Position numbers and translations under genes: made by a program. The notes under the pieces were generated by a model. The model did no database searches. It had not been told where the DNA came from and worked only from the letters and a program-made list of their open reading frames with translations. From Patescibacteria group bacterium (GTDB taxonomy: Bacteria; Patescibacteriota; Minisyncoccia; Phycocordibacterales; UBA2100), in assembly GCA_015491135.1 (NCBI GenBank), contig WFWK01000073.1, forward strand, positions 1 through 32,330: a DNA stretch of 32,330 nucleotides, read 5' to 3'. Shown one piece after another: positions 1 through 7,329 of this stretch (positions are counted from its first letter, which is position 1; each line of letters opens with the position of its first letter).

Positions 1-1
1 C

Positions 2-190
2 TTCAAAAGATACGAGTTTTTGGCAAGACATAACATGACTTGTACAATAGCAGAGTTAGAGTCAAAAGGGGTCTGTGAGTTTGTCTGCCAGCAATGCGCA
101 AGAGTTGCAATTGCAAAAGTCGGCGACCCGATAGAATGCGAAAAGTGTGGCTTTGACATGTTTGCCACCTTGACAAACACACACAAATAA
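2..190 (+). CDS. Small Cys-rich zinc-ribbon-like protein. It is either 5'-partial at the window edge or a 51-aa protein starting at ATG 35.
   Basis: The frame is open from the window edge. ATG at 35 gives MTCTIAELESKGVCEFVCQQCARVAIAKVGDPIECEKCGFDMFATLTNTHK*, with a CxxxCxxC...CxxC pattern. An intrinsic terminator follows at 235-268. The ORF is below the ORF-track size cutoff. I prefer it over the antisense ORF 62..310. Confidence 0.4.
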   Translation, partial: FKRYEFLARHNMTCTIAELESKGVCEFVCQQCARVAIAKVGDPIECEKCGFDMFATLTNTHK

Positions 191-234
191 CTTAGATTGA
201 AAGTGGACTTCGGTCCTCTTTCTTTGCGCAACTT

Positions 235-268
235 GGCTCGTCTTTCTCAGACGAGCCCTTTCTTTTTT
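235..268 (+). terminator. Rho-independent terminator
   Basis: GGCTCGTC (235-242) pairs with GACGAGCC (250-257) around a 7-nt loop, followed by CTTTCTTTTTT. A GGAC-TTCG-GTCC hairpin lies just upstream at 205-216. Confidence 0.7.
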
Positions 269-292
269 GTAATAAAAATGTAATATTTTTTT

Positions 293-796
293 ATGCCGGA
301 TATAGTTCAAAAAGGAGATAATGTGTTAAAAAAGAAAGCCGAACCACTTTCTACAGACGAGCTTGCAACCGAAGAGTTCAAAGCGCTTATAGATAAAATG
401 CAACGGGCGCTTCAAAGGGAAAAATACGGCGTGGCTCTTGCCGCCCCACAAATAGGAGAAAGCAAGCAGGTTTTTATAGTATCTGAGAGTGTTCTTCCCG
501 AAGGAGAAAAAATATTTATAAATCCAAAAATCATCAAACACTCAAAGAAAAAAGAGAATAAACAAGAAGGATGCTTGTCTGTAAAGGGATATTATGGAGA
601 AGTGCCCAGATACAAACAAGTAACGATAGAGTTTTTAAATATAAAGGGGGAGAAAAAAACATTGGGCGCATCGGGTTTTTTGGCGCAAATTTTTCAGCAT
701 GAAATAGACCATTTAAACGGAATTTTATATATTGAAAAAGCGACTGAACTGTTTCGTGTTGATGAAGACTTTAACAGAATTGACGATGAAAAATAA
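293..796 (+). CDS. def: Peptide deformylase
   Basis: All three PDF motifs are present: GVALAAPQIG, EGCLSV and HEIDHLNG. The length (167 aa) fits, and fmt lies immediately downstream. Confidence 0.95.
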   Translation: MPDIVQKGDNVLKKKAEPLSTDELATEEFKALIDKMQRALQREKYGVALAAPQIGESKQVFIVSESVLPEGEKIFINPKIIKHSKKKENKQEGCLSVKGYYGEVPRYKQVTIEFLNIKGEKKTLGASGFLAQIFQHEIDHLNGILYIEKATELFRVDEDFNRIDDEK

Positions 797-1667
797 CAAA
801 ACAAAAATAGTGTTTTTTGGCACTCCCCAACTCTCTCTCTGGGCATTGCAAGAGATGGAAAATGCCGGGATTGTACCGAATTTGATAGTTACCGCGCCGG
901 CAAAACCGGCCGGACGCGGAAGAGTTTTAACAAATACCCCGGTTTACGATTGGGCATCTCAAAGAAAAATCAAAACTTTAACCCCGCAGAAAATAGACTC
1001 GGAATTTAAAGATGCGCTTAAAAAAGAAGTTGGTGAAAATTCTCTTTTTGTTGTCTACGCCTATGGAAAAATTTTGCCAAAAGATATTCTTGATATACCG
1101 AAATATGGAGTGATAAACCTACATCCTTCTTTGCTTCCAAAACTGCGAGGCCCATCACCGATTCGCACTGCCATATTGCAAGATCAAAAAAATGCGGTAG
1201 GAATTAGCATAATATTTCTTGATGAGAAAATGGATCACGGCCCCGTACTGTTCCAGAAAAAAATCCCTCTGAAAAACTGGCCAATTTCTGGATTGGAACT
1301 TGACAAGATGCTCTCAAAAGAGGGAGGAAAAGCGCTCGCTGAGATTATCCCAAGTGTGATTGCCGGTGAGATAGTCCTAAAAGAGCAAGAACACAAAAAA
1401 GCAACCTATTGCCAGTTTTTTAAAAAAGAAGATGCAAAAATAAATTTGAATGACGACCCGTATAAAAATTTATTAAAAATATATGCCTTTGAAGGTTGGC
1501 CTGTTGCTTATTTTGAAGAAAACGGCAAAAAGGTAAAAATAATAAAAGCCAGACTTGAAGATGGAAAACTTAAAATTCTAAAAGTGATACCGGAAGGGAA
1601 AAAAGAAATGAACTACGAGGATTACTTACGTGGCAGACAAAACAACCAAGCCCTAAGTAAAACTTAG
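786..1667 (+). CDS. fmt: Methionyl-tRNA formyltransferase
   Basis: N-terminus KIVFFGTP and the INLHPSLLPKLRGPSPI motif. I chose the ATG at 786 (MKNNKTKIVFFG), which overlaps the def end by 11 nt. The ORF-track start at 732 lies inside def. Confidence 0.92.
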   Translation: MKNNKTKIVFFGTPQLSLWALQEMENAGIVPNLIVTAPAKPAGRGRVLTNTPVYDWASQRKIKTLTPQKIDSEFKDALKKEVGENSLFVVYAYGKILPKDILDIPKYGVINLHPSLLPKLRGPSPIRTAILQDQKNAVGISIIFLDEKMDHGPVLFQKKIPLKNWPISGLELDKMLSKEGGKALAEIIPSVIAGEIVLKEQEHKKATYCQFFKKEDAKINLNDDPYKNLLKIYAFEGWPVAYFEENGKKVKIIKARLEDGKLKILKVIPEGKKEMNYEDYLRGRQNNQALSKT

Positions 1668-1712
1668 GGCTTGGCTTGCCGAGCTCTAAATAAATTTAGG
1701 GCTCGGCTTGCC
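1646..1712. repeat. Two adjacent strong hairpins sharing a 17-nt direct repeat between convergent fmt and hpf
   Basis: CCAAGCCCTAAG (1646-1657) pairs with CTTAGGGCTTGG (1663-1674) as a perfect 12-bp stem over the fmt stop codon. GCCGAGCTCTAAA (1677-1689) pairs with TTTAGGGCTCGGC (1695-1707) with 1 mismatch. The direct repeat TTAGGGCT[T/C]GGCTTGCC occurs at 1664-1680 and 1696-1712. Confidence 0.55.
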
Positions 1713-1745
1713 TGGAAACAAGTTTAATATCTTGCGCATTTAAGG

Positions 1746-2099
1746 TTACTTCCCAAATCTAAACATCTCTTTTATTTTTCTGGCTCCACGCTTGAACATG
1801 GCAAGTCTTTTTTTCTTGTCGCGACGTAATCTTCTTTCCAATTCATCTTTTGCAACATCAATCGCAGCTTGAAGTGTCTCCCCTCTTCCAACGGCGTGCT
1901 TTCTTAAAGATCCAGAGTAGACAGTTATATCAGCTCTATACTCTCCTGCCGGTGGTTCTTGCTGAAATTCAATATCAAATTGAGTCTCATCATTTTCGTT
2001 GTTTATCAACTTCTCAAGCATGGCAACTTTTTCCTCCGCATACTCTTTTACCGAGTCTGAAACATCAATGTTTGATTTAATCATGAATTTAATTTGCAT
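1746..2099 (-). CDS. hpf: Ribosome hibernation promoting factor / RaiA family (short form)
   Basis: 117 aa. The N-terminus MQIKF.IKSNIDVSDSVKEYAEEKV and the overall beta-alpha-beta pattern are typical of sigma-54 modulation protein/S30EA family members. The C-terminal tail is basic. Confidence 0.85.
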   Translation of the reverse strand: MQIKFMIKSNIDVSDSVKEYAEEKVAMLEKLINNENDETQFDIEFQQEPPAGEYRADITVYSGSLRKHAVGRGETLQAAIDVAKDELERRLRRDKKKRLAMFKRGARKIKEMFRFGK

Positions 2100-2140
2100 A
2101 CGCTTTTTTATTTTTTAATTTTTAAACTGTTGTTTTTGAA

Positions 2141-2380
2141 TTATATCATAATTTCAAATCGCTTGTTGGGACTCGTGGCTCCAGTTTTCAACACGACACG
2201 TGCAATGTCAACATTGAAAAAATCGGCGATTAAAAAACGCACTCTCTTTGTTGCCAACTGCTTCAGTGCCGGCTCTCTCACCCAAATCTCAAATTTATTC
2301 TCCGCCACCTCCTTAAAAGTCTCCTTTCTTGAGTTGGGGTGAACTTTAACTTGCACACTAATAATCTTCGTCATGTTCAT
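2141..2380 (-). CDS. DUF167 (YggU-like) family protein
   Basis: VKVHPNSRKE...FEIWVREPALKQLATKRVRFLIADFF...VVLKTGATSPNKRFEI matches the conserved YggU/DUF167 pattern. The start is set at the internal MNMTK; the longer ORF-track start overlaps the channel gene more deeply. Confidence 0.75.
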   Translation of the reverse strand: MNMTKIISVQVKVHPNSRKETFKEVAENKFEIWVREPALKQLATKRVRFLIADFFNVDIARVVLKTGATSPNKRFEIMI

Positions 2381-3227
2381 GATAGATTTTTGCCCCGCAC
2401 ATTTTACAGTAAAGAGCATTAGGGTCATGCAAAGAAAACCCGCAATTTTGACAAACTACGCGTTTTTTGGATGAATAGAGCATATACGTCCTCAAAAGAG
2501 ATGCCACATAAACCGGAATAAGAATTATACCGAACAGTACCATAACAGTTATGGCAATTCTTCCACCTCTTGTAACAGGGGTTATGTCTCCGAAACCAAC
2601 GGTTGTAACGGTTACAACCGCAAAGTATATGGCATCATCAAATGTATTGATTTTTGGATTTATATGAGACTCAATTGTAAAGATTAAAGCCGATGATACA
2701 AAAAGCAAAACGAAAACCACAAAAAATACTTTGGCAAGTAAAATTCTGGTAATATCTTTTTCTCTTATCTTCTCTTGACCCAAGTATTCTTTAAAAAATC
2801 TAAACAGCTTAAAAACTCTAAACACACGCAGGAACTGAAGTGAACCCATCCAAGGAATGAAAAACGAAAACCAAAACGGCAAAAATGCAAGAAGGTCAAT
2901 AATTCCGTACCAAGAAAAAATGTATCTTCGTTTACTTGAGGCAACATATATTCTGGCAAAATACTCCAAAGTAAAAAGTAAAATAATACTTACATCTATT
3001 AAATTTAAAACATTTAAAATTTGCTTGGGCAGGTTATAAGTTTCGGCAACAAAAATAACGGAAGAAATCAAAATTAGAGCCACTATAAGCAAATCAAAAT
3101 AAAAACTTTGTTTTGAAGTTTCGTTTTTATCTGATAAAAAAGAGTGAAGTAATTTTTCAAATTTTCCTTTTTTAGTTTTGTGCTTGGTCATTTGTAAAAG
3201 TATATCAACTGTATTTTGCGCTTGCAA
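2358..3227 (-). CDS. Voltage-gated (6-TM) potassium channel with a C-terminal zinc-ribbon
   Basis: It has the K+ selectivity filter TVTTVGFGD. It has an S4-like Arg/Lys repeat, LRVFRVFKLFRFFK, and several hydrophobic helices. The C-terminus reads CQNCG...CKMCG. The start is TTG at 3227; the alternative is ATG at 3191. Confidence 0.85.
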   Translation of the reverse strand: MQAQNTVDILLQMTKHKTKKGKFEKLLHSFLSDKNETSKQSFYFDLLIVALILISSVIFVAETYNLPKQILNVLNLIDVSIILLFTLEYFARIYVASSKRRYIFSWYGIIDLLAFLPFWFSFFIPWMGSLQFLRVFRVFKLFRFFKEYLGQEKIREKDITRILLAKVFFVVFVLLFVSSALIFTIESHINPKINTFDDAIYFAVVTVTTVGFGDITPVTRGGRIAITVMVLFGIILIPVYVASLLRTYMLYSSKKRVVCQNCGFSLHDPNALYCKMCGAKIYHEHDEDY

Positions 3228-3326
3228 ATAAAATATCCTGCGTTAAAATAGTGATGCCCTTTGGGCTTGATTGTTCTTTATAGTAAAATTATTCCGCGGT
3301 AGCTCAGCGGTAGAGCAACCGGCTGT

Positions 3327-4042
3327 GTCACCATCTCTAGGCGACCTATGGTATACTGTTTGCATGTCTACCTCTCGTCGCAAAGAGAAAAGGACCTATG
3401 CCGATCGTAGAGAATACTTAATCGCCGCTGTCTCTAAACGTCGCAAAAAGTTGAGAGACAAAGCGATAGCATATGGTGGAGGTAAATGTGCCATATGCGG
3501 TTATTCTCGCAGTACACGCGCTTTGAATTTTCATCACCGCGACCCCAAAAAAAAAGACTTTGGCCTTTCTGCCAAAGGTTTAACGCGGTCTTGGGAAAAG
3601 ATCAAAGCAGAGCTTGATAAGTGCGTGCTGTTGTGCGCAAACTGTCATGCTGAAGTACACGACGGCATAACGCAGCTTCCCGAGGGAAACCCGGGTTGAA
3701 AAACGAGGTGAACTGCTGGGAACCCTAACGTAAAGACGAGGGCAATCAGCAGCCAAGCCCCCCACCACTTTACACCGTAATAATAATCAATCTTGCTTGG
3801 AGCTATATTGAGCATAAATTTATTGTATGCCGGCTCGAAATTATTGTGTAAAGTGGTGGGGGGAAGGTTCAGAGACTATCCCGAAAGGGAGTACTGTCCA
3901 ACACCACTTTTAAATTCTTGAGCAAGCTCAAGAATTTAAAAGTGGTGTTGGGTGGGAAGCGCCTCGCACCTAAACTCATTTGCATACAAATGAGCATGGT
4001 GATGATATAGTCCACCCCCAGTGGAAACATTGGGAATTGGTG
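3327..4042 (+). mobile_element. Group I intron (716 nt) inserted between anticodon positions 35 and 36
   Basis: It follows an exon U and ends in G. The R element GGTTCAGAGACTAT (3867-3880) and the S element GATATAGTCC (4004-4013) pair to form P7. A candidate guide GCAGCC (3749-3754) is complementary to the exon end GGCTGT. There is a GAAA-capped hairpin at 3881-3890. Long perfect helices lie at 3758-3775/3847-3864, 3901-3924/3927-3950 and 3975-3994. Confidence 0.85.
3364..3699 (+). CDS. Intron-encoded HNH endonuclease
   Basis: CAICGYS...NFHHRDPKKKDF...KCVLLCANCHAEVH is a classic zinc-finger-flanked HNH motif. It starts at the first ATG inside the intron. The ORF-track start at 3271 reads through the tRNA exon and is an artefact. 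Confidence 0.85.
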   Translation: MSTSRRKEKRTYADRREYLIAAVSKRRKKLRDKAIAYGGGKCAICGYSRSTRALNFHHRDPKKKDFGLSAKGLTRSWEKIKAELDKCVLLCANCHAEVHDGITQLPEGNPG

Positions 4043-4153
4043 TAACCGGTAGGTCGCAGGTTCGATCCCTGCCCGCGGAGCCAAAACAAATTACAAATAG
4101 AATCTTAAACTAAGACTAATGCCGTTAGGTCTCAGGCATGTCCCGCACCTGAA

Positions 4154-4186
4154 AGGTTGCTGGGATTCGATCCCTGCCCGCGGAGC
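4154..4186 (+). pseudogene. Decayed duplicate of the tRNA-Asn 3' end (variable loop to acceptor 3' strand)
   Basis: AGGTTGCTGGGATTCGATCCCTGCCCGCGGAGC compares with AGGTCGCAGGTTCGATCCCTGCCCGCGGAGC at 4051-4081. The last 21 nt are identical. There is no matching 5' acceptor strand upstream and no CCA. Confidence 0.6.
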
Positions 4187-4308
4187 AAGAATAAATTTAT
4201 TGTTTATTGTTTGTTGTTTTAATAACCTTGACACTTGATTTTATTTAATTTTAAGTCTAAATTGACTAAAGAATAAGCTTATTTACAATACAAACAAGGA
4301 GTCCTCCC

Positions 4309-4935
4309 ATGCACCACAAAAAAGAGCTCAACGCTTATTTGGGTGTTTTGATAATGAGTTTTATCATTATCGCCATTCAGTTACTGGGAGTATACCTTTC
4401 AAACAGTTTGGCGCTGTTTGCAGACTCGGGCCACGTTGCAGCTGATATGTTGGCAGTCCTTGTATCTGTAGTGGTTGTTCTCACAATAAATCATCAACAC
4501 AAAAAAGAAAAGAGATTTCGCACAATAGGAGGATGGATAAATGTATTTCTTCTTGGTATTATCGGTTTGGCCGTTTTGTACGAAGCTTACAATCGCTTCG
4601 TGCATCCTCAAGAGATAAACTCCCCAATTCTTATTATAACCGCTTTCATTGGCGGAGTTGGAAACTATATGCAATACGGCTTTATCAAGGCGTCCAAAAT
4701 TGACAACATAACCGTAAAAGCTCTTGAAGCCCACATTAAATCCGATCTGCTTCAAAGTGTCGGAGTTGTCGTTGGTGGAGTGTCAATTTTACTGTTTAAT
4801 ACTCCTGTAATTGACACTTTACTGTCAGTTCTTATTGGGTTTTTGCTTTTAAAGTGGTCGGTTGCGCTCTCTTACAAACTTGCCCGTGGTGAGGTAATGG
4901 GATCTTTTTGCACTCATCACGTCCATAAACATTGA
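4309..4935 (+). CDS. Cation diffusion facilitator (CDF) family divalent-metal transporter, membrane domain only
   Basis: The TM2 motif is FADSGHVAAD (HxxxD) and the TM5 motif is HIKSD (HxxxD). It has 6 hydrophobic segments and a His-rich end, THHVHKH. An AAGGAG RBS lies 8 nt upstream. At 208 aa it has no room for the usual cytoplasmic C-terminal domain. Confidence 0.85.
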   Translation: MHHKKELNAYLGVLIMSFIIIAIQLLGVYLSNSLALFADSGHVAADMLAVLVSVVVVLTINHQHKKEKRFRTIGGWINVFLLGIIGLAVLYEAYNRFVHPQEINSPILIITAFIGGVGNYMQYGFIKASKIDNITVKALEAHIKSDLLQSVGVVVGGVSILLFNTPVIDTLLSVLIGFLLLKWSVALSYKLARGEVMGSFCTHHVHKH

Positions 4936-4941
4936 AACAGA

Positions 4942-4959
4942 CCCCGCCTTCAAGCGGGG
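4942..4959. terminator. Bidirectional hairpin between convergent genes
   Basis: CCCCGC (4942-4947) pairs with GCGGGG (4954-4959) around a 6-nt loop, followed by TTTTAT on the + strand. Confidence 0.6.
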
Positions 4960-4961
4960 TT

Positions 4962-5192
4962 TTATCTATCCATGCTTGTATCTATAATGTTTTGCAAACC
5001 GTCTCTTATCTTTTGAAGTTCAGAAAAAGAGACATTAACTTCACCGTTTATGACACTTTGTGCGGTCTTTAAGAGGTCTGTTTCAGTATCCACTCTTCCC
5101 GTGTTGTAAATATGCTGGACAAGATAAGCTATCTCCGAGACAACTTTACTTGGGTTTTCAACAGTGCCTTGCTGAATTGTTTCCTTTATCAT
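4962..5192 (-). CDS. Hypothetical small protein (76 aa from MIKETIQ)
   Basis: It is an open frame with plausible helical composition. I recognise no family. The start is uncertain; the ORF track extends it to 5258. Confidence 0.4.
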   Translation of the reverse strand: MIKETIQQGTVENPSKVVSEIAYLVQHIYNTGRVDTETDLLKTAQSVINGEVNVSFSELQKIRDGLQNIIDTSMDR

Positions 5193-5426
5193 ATTATAAT
5201 AATAGCATGGAAAGCTTTTTGTGGGAAATACTTTTTTACGCTCTGCTTTTAGATTCAAGCAGTGTGCTCCTTATAACTTTTACAAATTTAAAGTCAAGTT
5301 ATCTGAAATATTTACCAAAGCTTGCTTACTACTTCCCCGCTTCAAAAGGATGGGCCGTATACTACTTTACACTGACTCTCCTTATAGGTTACATAATACA
5401 CTCATACGTGACGCCGATTTATCTGT

Positions 5427-6347
5427 TTAGTTTATTTTAACACCCACATAGCACCTTTTTCCCCATGCCTTGTATTTTGTTTTAAAAATTTGTGAGTCTT
5501 GGGAACCATCTGGTCTTTTGATTGTATATATTACTTCCGTTTTCATGCCTCTTGCTGGTTTTTCGGTACACCACAATTTTCCCGCGCTCAAGCTATAGTC
5601 GGGAATATATACCGGTTTTGGCGGTTCTTTAATATCCGTTATTTTAATCGGAGTGGTGGTGGCTTCTCTTCCGTCCGGTATTCCCCAAATTTCAAAAGAC
5701 ACGGTTGAATTTGTGGTTTTACTTTTTACTACAATAGGGTTTCCGGTATCATTTAAAAACTTAAAATCAACCCACGGGCCGTAAACCGTAGCATCAAGAC
5801 CGGGACCATAATATGAGACAACATATCCGTGCCCTCTTCGTTCCAGTACCGGCAAGCCGGCATCTAAAACGGCTCTGAACAGAGTTGTTGAAACCTGACA
5901 CACCCCTCCTCCGGCTTCTTTTTTTGTTGAACCTGCAGATATTACGTACTCTTTTTTATATCCACTTTCCACAGAAACCTCCCCCAAATGCTCCAAAAAC
6001 GAATATACTTCACCCGGCTGTACTACCACATCACTAACCCTCTGCGCCCCAAGGGCTATGTTGTGGATTCTGTCTGCAGAACTTCCCCAAAAACTCGTTG
6101 TTGCCGAACCCAACAGAACCATTTTTGACAATTTAACTTGTTGGTTAAAAAAGGCCAGCTTTTCCAATTCTTTTTTATCGGAGGTTTTGACTTTTTCCGC
6201 ACCACTTAAAACAGTATTTTGAGTCTCCTGTCTTGCCTGCAAATCCTGATCCATCAACAAAGCAAAAACAAGCAGGGCAAATCCAGCTCCCAAAAAAATA
6301 GCCGAGATTGCGTACAAAATCGGTTTTTCGCGCAAAATTTTTTTCAT
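5427..6347 (-). CDS. VanW-family protein, membrane-anchored
   Basis: An N-terminal TM helix is present. The VanW core reads GGGVCQVSTTLFRAVLDAGLPVLERRGHGYVVSYYGPGLDATVY. The C-terminus is beta-rich. Confidence 0.8.
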   Translation of the reverse strand: MKKILREKPILYAISAIFLGAGFALLVFALLMDQDLQARQETQNTVLSGAEKVKTSDKKELEKLAFFNQQVKLSKMVLLGSATTSFWGSSADRIHNIALGAQRVSDVVVQPGEVYSFLEHLGEVSVESGYKKEYVISAGSTKKEAGGGVCQVSTTLFRAVLDAGLPVLERRGHGYVVSYYGPGLDATVYGPWVDFKFLNDTGNPIVVKSKTTNSTVSFEIWGIPDGREATTTPIKITDIKEPPKPVYIPDYSLSAGKLWCTEKPARGMKTEVIYTIKRPDGSQDSQIFKTKYKAWGKRCYVGVKIN

Positions 6348-6384
6348 TTATAAAACAATATTATAATTTGCCCTGAAACACAAG

Positions 6385-7329
6385 TTGTCAAAATTAGCAT
6401 TTTTCTTGTTTTTCATTATAATTTTTACAATGATTAAAGTTTTGTCCGTATTGTTAACTCCGGCCTTAGTGTTTGCCACCGGTGCCGGTTTTGTGGATGG
6501 TATTTGGTTTTCAAAAGATGAAATTCTTGAAGGTGAAAGTGTCAGAGTATACGCAGTGGTGCAAAATCAAACCGCAAACAAACAAAATGGCGATGTTTAT
6601 TTCCTGGCTGACGGACTTAAAATTTCAACGGTAAAATTTACCATCCCGGCAGGGACCGTACAAACCGTATCCACAATTTACACACCCGAGAAACCCGGCA
6701 GTATAAAAATTTCAGCCGGCATTATCCCTTACAACCCTGCAGAATTTAAAGGTACTAAACTGCCCGCTACGGTTTTAAAAGTACTGGCAGACACTGACAG
6801 AGACAAAATTCCCGATGAAAAAGACCCTGATGATGACAACGACGGAATTCCTGATAAAACTGAAATTCTAAACGGCACAGACCCCAAAGTACCAAACACT
6901 TTAAACACAAAAATTACTAGCTCATCATCTTCAATTCCAAAATTTATCCCTAAAAACACCAAAGAAGCCCTGAAGCTAGCGAAGCAACTGACACAAACCG
7001 GAAAAGAACTTACTCTTAAAACATATCAAAAAATAGATCCTAAAATGCAAACCGCCGCTTTGTCCCTTAAACAAAAAGCGGAGAAATTAAAACAAGAAAA
7101 TGTGTCTCTCAATTCAAAAACGAAAAACGAAAACAGTGATACAAGTGAAAAAAATAACGAACCACTAAAGGAGAATTTGCTACAAAACCCAAAACTGAAA
7201 CAAGCGGCCGCTGTTGGGCTTTTGGCTTTGTCTTTTGCGCTTCAGCACTGGCTCTGGCATATTGCAATAGTGGGAGCGCTTATGATTATAAGAGCGCTGT
7301 ACAAAAACAAAAGAGAAGATTTTAAGTAG
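6385..7329 (+). CDS. Secreted/membrane protein with thrombospondin type-3-like Asp-rich Ca-binding repeats and a C-terminal TM anchor
   Basis: It has an N-terminal signal/TM segment and DTDRDKIPDEKDPDDDNDGIPDKTEILNGTDP. A K/E-rich coiled segment follows, then the hydrophobic C-terminus AAAVGLLALSFAL...IAIVGALMII. The start is TTG 6385 or ATG 6430. Confidence 0.6.
   Translation: MSKLAFFLFFIIIFTMIKVLSVLLTPALVFATGAGFVDGIWFSKDEILEGESVRVYAVVQNQTANKQNGDVYFLADGLKISTVKFTIPAGTVQTVSTIYTPEKPGSIKISAGIIPYNPAEFKGTKLPATVLKVLADTDRDKIPDEKDPDDDNDGIPDKTEILNGTDPKVPNTLNTKITSSSSSIPKFIPKNTKEALKLAKQLTQTGKELTLKTYQKIDPKMQTAALSLKQKAEKLKQENVSLNSKTKNENSDTSEKNNEPLKENLLQNPKLKQAAAVGLLALSFALQHWLWHIAIVGALMIIRALYKNKREDFK

Larger units (their letters stand above)
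3293..4083 (+). tRNA. tRNA-Asn(GUU), interrupted. Exon 1 is 3293-3326 and exon 2 is 4043-4083. CCA is encoded.
   Basis: The joined exons read TCCGCGGTAGCTCAGCGGTAGAGCAACCGGCTGT|TAACCGGTAGGTCGCAGGTTCGATCCCTGCCCGCGGAGCCA. They fold into a perfect 75-nt cloverleaf with anticodon loop CTGTTAA. U1-A72 plus G73 is typical of bacterial tRNA-Asn. Confidence 0.85.

Noticed and set aside
62-310. 82-aa ORF on the - strand from the ORF track
   Set aside because: It runs antisense through the terminator hairpins at 205-268 and overlaps the def start. It has no RBS or recognisable family. The + strand zinc-ribbon ORF with a downstream terminator explains the region better.
2094-2342. 82-aa + strand ORF
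   Set aside because: It is antisense to the DUF167 gene, which has a recognisable conserved pattern.
3271-3363. N-terminal extension of the HNH ORF (ORF-track start at 3271)
   Set aside because: This stretch translates the tRNA-Asn 5' exon and the first intron bases (..SSAVEQPAV..), which is a read-through artefact. The first ATG inside the intron (3364) is the credible start.
3293-4083. Alternative reading as tRNA-Thr(UGU) with junctions ...CT | TGTAA...
   Set aside because: That junction also places a U before the intron and a G at its end, so the sequence alone cannot exclude it. I chose the Asn(GUU) junction because U1-A72 with discriminator G73 and overall similarity to bacterial tRNA-Asn fit Asn, while tRNA-Thr normally starts GC. 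cDNA sequencing of the mature tRNA would settle the question.
3869-4084. 71-aa - strand ORF (MAPRAGIEPATYRL...)
   Set aside because: It is antisense to the tRNA 3' exon and the intron catalytic core. GIEPAT-type peptides are the classic false translation of a tRNA T-arm.
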